A stretch of DNA of 30,613 nucleotides from a virus. This document shows, in pieces, positions 7,946-14,103 of the stretch. Every line of letters begins with the position of its first letter. The first letter of the stretch is position 1. Under the pieces are notes generated by a model. It was not told the origin of the DNA. It saw nothing but the letters and a program-made list of their open reading frames with translations, and searched no databases. The stretch is from IMG/VR virus record IMGVR_UViG_3300047557_002095, positions 1 to 30,613 of that record. One strand, 5' to 3'. A program made the position numbers and the translations under genes.

Positions 7946-8500
7946 TTGCGAAAACAGTTAGTGATACGAGCATACCACTCGTGCGCTAACTTTCAATCCT
8001 TTTCGCAGAGGATTTGACCGTAGCTCTTAAAACACGGTCACGGAATTATCGGGGATGAAAGTCGTCGAGGCGAGCGCTCGTGCCGAATAAAACAATCGAG
8101 CAGGTTGTCTAATAGCTGACAAGGTAAAGGCGGGTTGAGCATTACGCTCCTCTAGCTGACTACACTGGGTCTTGTGAAGAATCGGAAACGTAAAAACACA
8201 GGACAGGGCTTACCACCCCAGTACCGAGTTATTAGGCCACTGGAATTTGATCATCCTATCCTTTCTGGGCGAAAGTGACGGTGACACCTGAAGCAGACGA
8301 TCGACGGCCTAGATGGGAAGCGAGACCATACCATCGAGCGGGGCTAATGCTGAGTTTATAAGCCATAGGGTTTATAGATTGAACACTAACTCCGAGGGGA
8401 TCGAAGCGCAGGCAACCAAAGGCGGCTCAAAGACGGAAGTCCTAGGGCAGGGCTTATGGTCTACTTTTGTCTTTTGTTAGACATTCATTGCATCTTTCTT
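7946..8500 (+). ncRNA. Candidate large structured non-coding RNA, or a ~575-nt structured leader of the first early gene (family unknown)
   Basis: No ORF of 60 aa or more in any frame between 7832 and 8455. The predicted start lies at the base of a nested hairpin at 7946-8008, and several more local helices follow. U.G pairs favour the plus strand. The 3' end is undefined. Confidence 0.35.
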
Positions 8501-8524
8501 CACGCTCATAAGAGGGGGTTCTGC

Positions 8525-8830
8525 ATGACTCTATCTCGACGTGAACAGATGGTTCTCAGTCTCGGTGTAATCTTAGGCATGGCTTTGCTGATGCTCGTGG
8601 GTAAGGCCAGAGTGTCTACACCTTGTGTTAAGGCTCAAGCGAATGTGGAAGCATCGGATCGGCTATGCTCAAAGCTTGCTGATCAAGCTGCTGAAGCGAA
8701 CTGTAGTCACCTTGAAGGGGCTCAGGCTAATCAGTGTCGCTCTATGGTCCTGATGCTTGCCAAGGAAGGTTGTAGAGAAGCTATGGGTTATCAGATGCTT
8801 AAGGCCGAAGCTTCCGAGAGGTGTCTATGA
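8525..8830 (+). CDS. Small Cys-rich membrane-anchored or secreted protein (101 aa)
   Basis: Internal ATG at 8525 is preceded by AAGAGGGGG. The N-terminus has a hydrophobic anchor (MVLSLGVILGMALLMLVG), followed by a soluble part with 6 Cys. Confidence 0.6.
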   Translation: MTLSRREQMVLSLGVILGMALLMLVGKARVSTPCVKAQANVEASDRLCSKLADQAAEANCSHLEGAQANQCRSMVLMLAKEGCREAMGYQMLKAEASERCL

Positions 8831-9250
8831 ACGAGAGCGAAGCAAATCTTCGTATCGCTTTGAAGTGTTTGCGGAAGCTTGAGCAACAGCTTGTAAAACT
8901 TCATAAAAACGGCGCTCTTGATCTGGACTCAGTGGAACTTCTTTTGGATCTTGCGGAGGATGCTTCTGAGTATGTGAAGCTTGCAACGAAGCTTGTGCTT
9001 TAGTGTAAGCATCGTCTAACCAGGCTTGCCTCTTCTTAGCCTCTTCATAATAAGCTCTTTGGTACTCTCGAACTGAAGAAACTTCCCGCTCACTTACAAG
9101 GGCTGAGCTTACCGTGTCGATTGCGTCTGAGATTGTACTTAAAGTCTCAGCATCAACGTCAGCATCGGATGCTTTATAGAGAGCTTGATGGGCAATGCGA
9201 AGGGCTTGCCACATTTCCTCTCTCGCTTTGAAATTCTTAGTTTTACTCAT
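8825..9250 (-). CDS. Hypothetical helical protein encoded against the direction of the early arm
   Basis: A 141-aa open frame, unlikely by chance at this GC content. The SD is weak. Its C-terminal 59 codons overlap a plus-strand ORF. Confidence 0.55.
   Translation of the reverse strand: MSKTKNFKAREEMWQALRIAHQALYKASDADVDAETLSTISDAIDTVSSALVSEREVSSVREYQRAYYEEAKKRQAWLDDAYTKAQASLQASHTQKHPPQDPKEVPLSPDQERRFYEVLQAVAQASANTSKRYEDLLRSRS
8827..9003 (+). CDS. Possible 58-aa protein (alternative to, or overlapping, the minus-strand ORF)
   Basis: ATG at 8827 overlaps the upstream stop (ATGA) and follows GAGAGGTG. However, it is Leu-rich, as expected for the shadow of an E/K/Q-rich antisense gene. Confidence 0.25.
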   Translation: MNESEANLRIALKCLRKLEQQLVKLHKNGALDLDSVELLLDLAEDASEYVKLATKLVL

Positions 9251-9346
9251 AGTGATCCAAAAACAGATGGGCGTGTCCGGTTGACAGCGTTTAAGTGAGT
9301 GCTCTCCCTATGGGACGGCTCTCACCCCACCGCAAGTGAGGCTTGG

Positions 9347-9375
9347 GCTATAACTCTATGCGCTATGTCTGGCAA
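9347..9375 (-). promoter_or_regulatory. Possible promoter for the 8825-9250 gene
   Basis: Minus strand reads TTGCCA (9370-9375), 17 nt, TATAGC (9347-9352). It lies directly downstream of the terminator U-run. Confidence 0.35.
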
Positions 9376-9376
9376 T

Positions 9377-9411
9377 AAAAAACCCCCCGAAAGCACGAGG
9401 CTCACGGAGGG
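9377..9411 (-). terminator. Strand-specific intrinsic terminator (minus strand)
   Basis: Minus-strand RNA reads CCCUCCG-uGAGCcucguGCUUu-CGGGGGG followed by UUUUUUAUU. Two G.U pairs become C/A mismatches on the plus strand, so the hairpin is only strong when read leftward. Confidence 0.6.
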
Positions 9412-9440
9412 ATGAGAAGGATCAGATCTCGACCTCAAAC

Positions 9441-9457
9441 TGTCTAAACTTTAGACA
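9441..9457. promoter_or_regulatory. Operator-like perfect palindrome O1
   Basis: TGTCTAAA-C-TTTAGACA (TGTC-N9-GACA). Confidence 0.55.
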
Positions 9458-9459
9458 AC

Positions 9460-9476
9460 TGTCAAACATTTTGACA
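9460..9476. promoter_or_regulatory. Operator-like perfect palindrome O2, containing back-to-back TTGACA hexamers
   Basis: TGTCAAA-CAT-TTTGACA (TGTC-N9-GACA). TTGACA lies at 9471-9476 on the plus strand and at 9460-9465 on the minus strand. The centre is 19 bp from O1. Confidence 0.55.
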
Positions 9477-9529
9477 CTTGAAAACTCTTTGCTTCCATTG
9501 TAGCAATTAGCTTCACTTTGGAGGATCAG

Positions 9530-9835
9530 ATGGAGAAAGCTAAATTAGAAAGCCTTGTCGGGCTTAGGGTTACTCTTGTCACAGACAGTGGCTACATTCG
9601 CGGTAAGGTCATCGCCGTAGATGATTCATGTACTCAAGTTGTAGAGGCTCAGATCATCGAGCGCCCTGCATTCCATGAGGCTTATAAAGAAGGCCACGGG
9701 GAAAGCATTGAATGGCTTCTCGTGAATAACATGAAGGTCTGGGATGCTTATATGTCCTATGATGCCGTAGCTTATAACTACTCCGTCAGCACGCAAAACC
9801 TCACCCAAAGGACAACCAATGAGCACCCTTTTTGA
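9530..9835 (+). CDS. Hypothetical protein with an Sm/LSm-like N-terminal pattern
   Basis: ATG at 9530 follows GGAGGA; the track start at 9518 is a TTG. LESLVGLRVTLVTDSGYIRGKVIAVDDSCTQVV resembles an Sm1 motif. This is pattern-level only. Confidence 0.6.
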   Translation: MEKAKLESLVGLRVTLVTDSGYIRGKVIAVDDSCTQVVEAQIIERPAFHEAYKEGHGESIEWLLVNNMKVWDAYMSYDAVAYNYSVSTQNLTQRTTNEHPF

Positions 9836-10319
9836 ACTATCCCAAGAGGCTAATCGTCTTGAAGAGTTGTTACTTGAAAGCGGTGGGGAATTGACACCTG
9901 AGTTTGAAACTTGGTTAGAGCAGATCAACACCCAGCTAGAACAGAAAGCAGATAGCTATGCGCACGTCTTGGATAAGCTTGAAGCTAACATCGCCCTACT
10001 ACGGCAGAACGCTAAACAATACACCGACGCTGCGAGATCTCTTGAGAATGCCCAGACAAGAATTAAAGACCGAATTAAAGACGCACTGGAAGCAATGGGC
10101 AAGTCTAAGCTATCAGGTAATCGTAAGACTTTTACTCTTTCTAACAGTAGCCCTCGCCTTGTCGTCAATGAGACAGAGCTAGACCAAGCCTATGTAATCG
10201 TTCAAACTCAATACTTGCCAGACAAGGAACGCATCAAAGCAGACCTTAAGGAAGGCAAAGAGATTCAAGGCGCTCGCCTAGAAGGTGGGAAAGCTTTGAG
10301 AGTAACCGTTAGCAAATAA
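9819..10319 (+). CDS. Gp157-family protein (Siphovirus Gp157-like)
   Basis: 166 aa. The N-terminal MSTLFELSQEANRLEELLLESGGELTPE..., the central coiled coil and the C-terminal KADLKEGKEIQGARLE fit the Gp157 family layout. Confidence 0.7.
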   Translation: MSTLFELSQEANRLEELLLESGGELTPEFETWLEQINTQLEQKADSYAHVLDKLEANIALLRQNAKQYTDAARSLENAQTRIKDRIKDALEAMGKSKLSGNRKTFTLSNSSPRLVVNETELDQAYVIVQTQYLPDKERIKADLKEGKEIQGARLEGGKALRVTVSK

Positions 10320-10329
10320 GGAGACAACA

Positions 10330-10530
10330 ATGGTTTTTCTTAAAACGTACTTCCATCCAGAAAAAGGTGCTGAGCCAGAAGTGCAGTTCCATACCTTTGA
10401 AAGCGATGCTGAAGCAATTGAGTTCCTGCACGCCGATAGCAAGGAAAAAGGCTTAGGCATCACCCCTGATCCTTCTATTCACTACTATGAGTTCCTTTCT
10501 CAAGATGAGTACGAGGCTCAGAATAAATGA
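10330..10530 (+). CDS. Hypothetical protein
   Basis: 66-aa ORF preceded by AAGGAGA. Confidence 0.55.
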   Translation: MVFLKTYFHPEKGAEPEVQFHTFESDAEAIEFLHADSKEKGLGITPDPSIHYYEFLSQDEYEAQNK

Positions 10531-10655
10531 GTGAAGAGAGGCTTAAAGAGATTGAAAGCCTTGTGAATGCAAACAATCTCATCATGCAAATGATCCCCAT
10601 TAGTATTGTAAAGGAATTACTTGCAGAGATTAGACGCTTACGAGTGAAGCAATGA
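10527..10655 (+). CDS. Small hypothetical protein (42 aa)
   Basis: ATGA overlaps at both ends (10527-10530 and 10652-10655). Reads MSEERLKEIESLVNANNLIMQ... Confidence 0.45.
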   Translation: MSEERLKEIESLVNANNLIMQMIPISIVKELLAEIRRLRVKQ

Positions 10656-10873
10656 TCCATCTTGAGCACTGTCCTGGATGCTCTGATCCACTATGCAGAA
10701 TCGTCCGTGGTGCTACAGTGACATCTAATCGCGATGAGGTAACGTGCAAGGTATGCGTAAAGATATTCACTTTGAAACCTGTTCAGTGTGTCACGTCGCA
10801 GTCCTCGGCCCGCATCCAGAGTTCAAAGGCTACCTCAAGTGCCCAACGTGCGGGTTCTCGAAGAAAGAAGTAA
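10652..10873 (+). CDS. Small zinc-ribbon protein (CxxC...CxxC)
   Basis: HCPGC...x22...CKVC in the first 36 aa. The tail after 10760 is S/R/K-rich and overlaps a second CxxC ORF in another frame. Confidence 0.5.
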   Translation: MIHLEHCPGCSDPLCRIVRGATVTSNRDEVTCKVCVKIFTLKPVQCVTSQSSARIQSSKATSSAQRAGSRRKK

Positions 10874-10923
10874 AACCAAATGAAGAAAAAAAGAATTCTG
10901 ATCACTTGGCCGGAAGTTCATGA
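10753..10923 (+). CDS. Possible second zinc-ribbon protein (56 aa), in the -1 frame relative to 10652-10873
   Basis: MRKDIHFETCSVCHVAVLGPHPEFKGYLKCPTCGFSKKEV... has a C-x2-C-x17-C-x2-C pattern. It overlaps both neighbouring ORFs. Confidence 0.4.
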   Translation: MRKDIHFETCSVCHVAVLGPHPEFKGYLKCPTCGFSKKEVKPNEEKKNSDHLAGSS

Positions 10924-11122
10924 GCTAACAAAGATCAACCGCTCAACTGAGTGGCGCAAAGAACAACAAGGGCTATTCCCTCGCCGAATCATCACCGGAT
11001 TCAATTCAGTCAGATGGGATAAGGCAGAAATTTTAGAATGGCTCAAATTTAACAACCCAGGCGGGCGTAAAGGTAAGAACACTTGCAAAGATCCAACAAA
11101 TCCCTATCAGAGAAAAACATGA
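10880..11122 (+). CDS. AlpA/excisionase-like HTH regulator
   Basis: ILITWPEVHELTKINRSTEWRKEQQGLFPRRI...VRWDKAEILEWL matches the AlpA/MerR-type winged-helix pattern. Confidence 0.7.
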   Translation: MKKKRILITWPEVHELTKINRSTEWRKEQQGLFPRRIITGFNSVRWDKAEILEWLKFNNPGGRKGKNTCKDPTNPYQRKT

Positions 11123-11283
11123 GCTGTAAGACCTGCCAAGGTGAGGGCTCATGCACTTATATCGAAGACAGTCGAACGATTGAAGAAACTTGCCCTAGGT
11201 GTGATGGATATGGGCAATCGCTTAATAACGAGTATACTCCCATCACAAGCTATAACCCTTATATCGAGGTAAACCTAAAATGA
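11119..11283 (+). CDS. Small DnaJ-type zinc-finger protein (CxxCxGxG, two copies)
   Basis: ATG at 11119 overlaps the upstream stop (ATGA). Motifs CKTCQGEG and CPRCDGYG. Confidence 0.55.
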   Translation: MSCKTCQGEGSCTYIEDSRTIEETCPRCDGYGQSLNNEYTPITSYNPYIEVNLK

Positions 11284-11693
11284 TTAAAATGATCGCCCTA
11301 GGTGTCGTAGGACGCGATGCCGAACTTATGGAAAGTAAGAACGGTAAGGCTTATGCCAAGTTCTCTGTCGCCGTTACTAAAAAGATTAAAGGTGAGTATC
11401 AGAGCACTTGGATCTCTTGCGTAATGTTTGGTGAGCGCGCTCAATCCGTTGCCCAATACATTCAAAAAGGCGTGAAGTGCTACGTTGAAGGTGAGCCTTC
11501 TGCTAATGCCTACACCGATAAGAAAGGCCAAGTGAGAGGCGATCTTTCTCTTATAGTGCAGGACGTTCAGATCCTTCACGAGCGTAGGCCACAAGAGGCA
11601 CCTCAACAAGCCGTGGAAACAAAGCCAGCGTTCACGCAAAATAGCCCAATGTTTGCTCAAACTGAGTTCACTGAAGACGACATTCCATTTTGA
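11280..11693 (+). CDS. ssb: Single-stranded DNA-binding protein
   Basis: OB-fold-like N-terminal region, a Q/P-rich linker and the canonical acidic tail ending DDIPF. Confidence 0.85.
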   Translation: MIKMIALGVVGRDAELMESKNGKAYAKFSVAVTKKIKGEYQSTWISCVMFGERAQSVAQYIQKGVKCYVEGEPSANAYTDKKGQVRGDLSLIVQDVQILHERRPQEAPQQAVETKPAFTQNSPMFAQTEFTEDDIPF

Positions 11694-11759
11694 TCGGGTA
11701 TTACAGTTTGATGGATTAGCTGTTTTAGCCTAAAATGCGTAGTCAAGGAGACTCCTATT

Positions 11760-11936
11760 ATGAAAGACGAACAAGGATTAGCAGGTAAGAAGCCAAGTGA
11801 AAAACCTAAGATGGAACCAAAGCTCGGCGGCTCATTGGGCTCTAAGCTCGATAAGCAAGGCGACGTGAAGGGCAAGGATCAAGCCGTTTACGTTAAAGCT
11901 GGCATTCAAGATCAAAAGAAACAAGCTGGCGCATAA
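11760..11936 (+). CDS. Small Lys-rich protein (58 aa)
   Basis: AAGGAGA lies 8 nt upstream of the ATG. Preferred over the junk-like antisense ORF at 11657-11875. Confidence 0.45.
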   Translation: MKDEQGLAGKKPSEKPKMEPKLGGSLGSKLDKQGDVKGKDQAVYVKAGIQDQKKQAGA

Positions 11937-12011
11937 AGTTGACCGAAACTCTTAGGCGGTTTACTTTGGCTTCGTAACGATAAAAAGTTATGGAAGGCAA
12001 CTGGGGGGGTA

Positions 12012-12037
12012 GAGGTGGGCTTTACCCCTCTTTTTTT
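12012..12037 (+). terminator. Intrinsic terminator inside the early arm
   Basis: GAGG(u)GG / CCCCUC stem followed by U7 (12031-12037). Confidence 0.5.
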
Positions 12038-12041
12038 ATTC

Positions 12042-12068
12042 TTGAAAACAGTTTGCATCTCTTATAGT
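12042..12068 (+). promoter_or_regulatory. Possible promoter for the erf operon
   Basis: TTGAAA (12042-12047) and TATAGT (12063-12068), but with only a 15-nt spacer. Confidence 0.3.
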
Positions 12069-12091
12069 GTCACGCTCACTTAGGAGACAAT

Positions 12092-12817
12092 ATGAGAACT
12101 TCGGATCAGATCAATGAGCTATCTGCTGCTTTGGCTAAGGCTCAAGGTTCTATGAGGAACCCAGAGAAGAATAAGCGTGCTACAATCCCCACCAAAACAG
12201 GCGGGGGATATTCTTACGACTACGCCGATCTGCCTTCGACGTTTGATACTGTAAGGAAACAGCTCTCTGAGAATGGCATCATGCATACGTCAGCCCCTAG
12301 AATGGTCGATGGACACTATGTCTTATTCTCAAGACTCTCTCACTCATCCGGTCAATGGATTGAAGCTGAATGGCCTTTGCCTAACGCTCAAGACCCGAAA
12401 CAGTTGGCAGGCTCTATTACCTATGGTACTAGGTACCTGTTCAACTCGTTATGTGGAATAGCGGGCGACGACGACTTAGACGACACACCTGAGAGTCCTC
12501 TTGCTAAATACGAGAAGAAACCAGCGTCTAGGTCAGCTACTGTGAGTGTTGCATCTCCTAAAGCTAATGAGACAGTGGAGGCACCCCGAGGCCATGCAGA
12601 CTTAGGTGCTTCCACATCTCAGGAACCAGGCAGATTTACGCTACTTGCTAAACTTAAAGAGAGCCAATGGCCAAAAGAGCAATTAGTAAAATACTGTGTG
12701 GACGTGTTCGGTAAAGCTGACTCAAAGAGTCTGTCTTCACAAGAGCTAGCTCAACTTGTTTATGCTTCAACTACTTTTAAAACTATTGAAGACGCGCTCA
12801 AAGCCGCAGCTAAGTAA
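12092..12817 (+). CDS. erf: ERF-family single-strand annealing recombinase
   Basis: N-terminal INELSAALAKAQGSMRNPEKNK...YSYDYADLPSTFDTVRKQLSENGI is the characteristic ERF core. AGGAGA ribosome-binding site. Confidence 0.75.
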   Translation: MRTSDQINELSAALAKAQGSMRNPEKNKRATIPTKTGGGYSYDYADLPSTFDTVRKQLSENGIMHTSAPRMVDGHYVLFSRLSHSSGQWIEAEWPLPNAQDPKQLAGSITYGTRYLFNSLCGIAGDDDLDDTPESPLAKYEKKPASRSATVSVASPKANETVEAPRGHADLGASTSQEPGRFTLLAKLKESQWPKEQLVKYCVDVFGKADSKSLSSQELAQLVYASTTFKTIEDALKAAAK

Positions 12818-12935
12818 CTTAGGCTTTTGGCCCAAGTGTCTGAACTGTTTTGATCGGGGATGGACCTATCAAACCGACGTGTATCCTTGGGATGCGTATG
12901 AAGGTAAAGAGACCTGCTTAAAGTGTTTGCACTAG
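12762..12935 (+). CDS. Possible small CxxC...CxxC protein (57 aa)
   Basis: PKCLNCFDRGW...ETCLKCLH. The only start is an ATG inside the erf 3' end (56-nt overlap), and there is no clear SD. Confidence 0.3.
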   Translation: MLQLLLKLLKTRSKPQLSNLGFWPKCLNCFDRGWTYQTDVYPWDAYEGKETCLKCLH

Positions 12936-12963
12936 AGAGGCCGTTGCTTCACAATTTGGAAGC

Positions 12964-13920
12964 ATGGCCGATATTCTACACGAGCTAGTGTCACATCTGA
13001 AGGACTTGGCTTTAGAATTAGGTCGAACACCGACGAAGCCCGAATTCTGTAATAAGATCCCTGGTGGGCATTACAAGGTAACAAAGCTAGGCGGCTATAA
13101 TGTTCTTGTCAAAGCTGCTGGGTTAGAGCCAAATATAAATAATTCTCAAAAGATTGATAACACGATCTTTATTAAGAACCTCGCTACTCACCTGGACCAG
13201 TATGAACCTAAAACGCCTCCTTCGACTTGCAAAGAAACCTTCCCTCGCATTGCGGTTATTTCGGACATCCATTGGCCGTTTGCGTCCCAAAAAGTCCTAG
13301 ATCAATTCTATCGCTTCATTGAGAAGCATCAACCCGAATACGTTATCATCAACGGTGACGCTTGGGATATGTTTTCTCACTCCAAGTACCCTCGGAGTCA
13401 CAATGTCTTTACACCTGAAGTTGAGCATCAGTTATCCAGGGAAGCGAACGAAGTCTTCTGGCAAGAAGTCAAAAAGGCAGTCAAGGATGCAAAGTGCTTT
13501 CAACTCCTTGGAAACCATGATATCCGCCCACTCCGCCGTATCCTCGAAGTATATCCCGTCGCTGAAGACTGGATTAGCTCGATGCTACAGAAGCTATTTA
13601 ATTTTGAAGGAGTTCAAACGATACATGATGTCAGGCAGGAATTGATTCTCCCAGGAAACATTGCAGTTCACCATGGCTACCGTTCAAAGCTAGGCGACCA
13701 TCGGGACTATATGTTGCAAAATGCAATAATAGGACACACTCATCTTGGCGGGGTTACGTTTAGACGGTTAAGAGGCGAAGTGTTATGGGAATTGAATAGT
13801 GGTGTCGCAGGCGATCCTGAATCTAAAGGTTTGTCGTACACGCCCCAAAAGATCACTCACTGGACACCTGGATTTGGTTGGGTAGATGAGTATGGTCCTA
13901 GATTCATTGTTGCAAAATGA
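12964..13920 (+). CDS. Calcineurin-like metallophosphoesterase with an N-terminal homing-endonuclease-associated-repeat-like module
   Basis: Motifs ISDIHWP, INGDAWD, LGNHD and IIGHTH. The N-terminal LGRTPTKPEF...LGGYNVLVKAAGLEP resembles the HNH-associated repeat. Confidence 0.75.
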   Translation: MADILHELVSHLKDLALELGRTPTKPEFCNKIPGGHYKVTKLGGYNVLVKAAGLEPNINNSQKIDNTIFIKNLATHLDQYEPKTPPSTCKETFPRIAVISDIHWPFASQKVLDQFYRFIEKHQPEYVIINGDAWDMFSHSKYPRSHNVFTPEVEHQLSREANEVFWQEVKKAVKDAKCFQLLGNHDIRPLRRILEVYPVAEDWISSMLQKLFNFEGVQTIHDVRQELILPGNIAVHHGYRSKLGDHRDYMLQNAIIGHTHLGGVTFRRLRGEVLWELNSGVAGDPESKGLSYTPQKITHWTPGFGWVDEYGPRFIVAK

Positions 13921-13947
13921 ACAACAATGCTTAACCTGGAGTCAATT

Positions 13948-14103
13948 ATGCCATTGAAAAAAGGTAAATCAAAAGAAGTTATTTCCAAAAACATTAGCCA
14001 GCTTTCAAAAGAGGGCTACGGTCAACGCCAAGCTATTGCCATTGCTCTAGCTAAAGCGGGTAAGAGTAGAAAAAATGCAGGAAAAAAAGCGAAAAAAGAT
14101 TAG
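13948..14103 (+). CDS. Small basic conserved-looking protein (51 aa)
   Basis: GGAG lies 7 nt upstream. Reads [40 protein letters not shown]... Confidence 0.5.
   Translation: MPLKKGKSKEVISKNISQLSKEGYGQRQAIAIALAKAGKSRKNAGKKAKKD

Noticed and set aside
8106-8121. A possible third operator, TGTCTAAtaGCTGACA, inside the ORF-free region
   Set aside because: The spacing is TGTC-N8-GACA, not N9, and only the outer 4+4 bases are symmetric. This is not enough to link it to the 9441-9476 operators.
8051-8125. tmRNA-like look: GGGGAUGAAAGUCGUCGAGG, followed by a short frame ending in the double stop UAAUAG
   Set aside because: No T-arm (GGUUCGAnUCC) or complementary 3' acceptor strand with CCA could be found downstream on this strand. 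The putative tag (..IEQVV) lacks the usual Ala-rich C-terminus.
8053-8215. Resemblance to RNase P RNA CR-I (GAUGAAAGUC vs GAGGAAAGUCC) and CR-V (GGACAGGGCUUACC vs ACAGAACCCGGCUUA), able to form an AAGUC/GGCUU P4-like helix
   Set aside because: Only about 150 nt separate the two elements. The other conserved regions and the P1-P3 pairings are not evident, and the P4 match is only 5 bp. It is most likely coincidence, and an Rfam scan would settle it.
7927-8459. GGCTTATG direct repeats (7928-7935 and 8451-8458) flanking most of the non-coding region, suggesting target-site duplications of an inserted MITE-like element
   Set aside because: No terminal inverted repeats lie just inside the two copies. 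An 8-mer recurring once within about 500 bp is not improbable, and CAGGGCTTA also occurs at 8204-8212.
8313-8480. A 55-aa ATG ORF (MGSETIPSSGANAEF...) inside the ORF-free region
   Set aside because: There is no Shine-Dalgarno sequence upstream (cgacggcctagATG), whereas nearly every convincing gene here has a GGAG-type site or ATGA coupling. The composition is unremarkable. It is kept only as the main alternative that would weaken the ncRNA hypothesis if conserved.
7948-8524. A T7-style early region consisting of an array of strong host promoters
   Set aside because: Only one convincing -35/-10 pair (7913-7941) was found. Other TTGAxx hexamers (8013, 8135, 8379) lack usable -10 elements at 16-18 nt. 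It remains an alternative explanation in the main finding.
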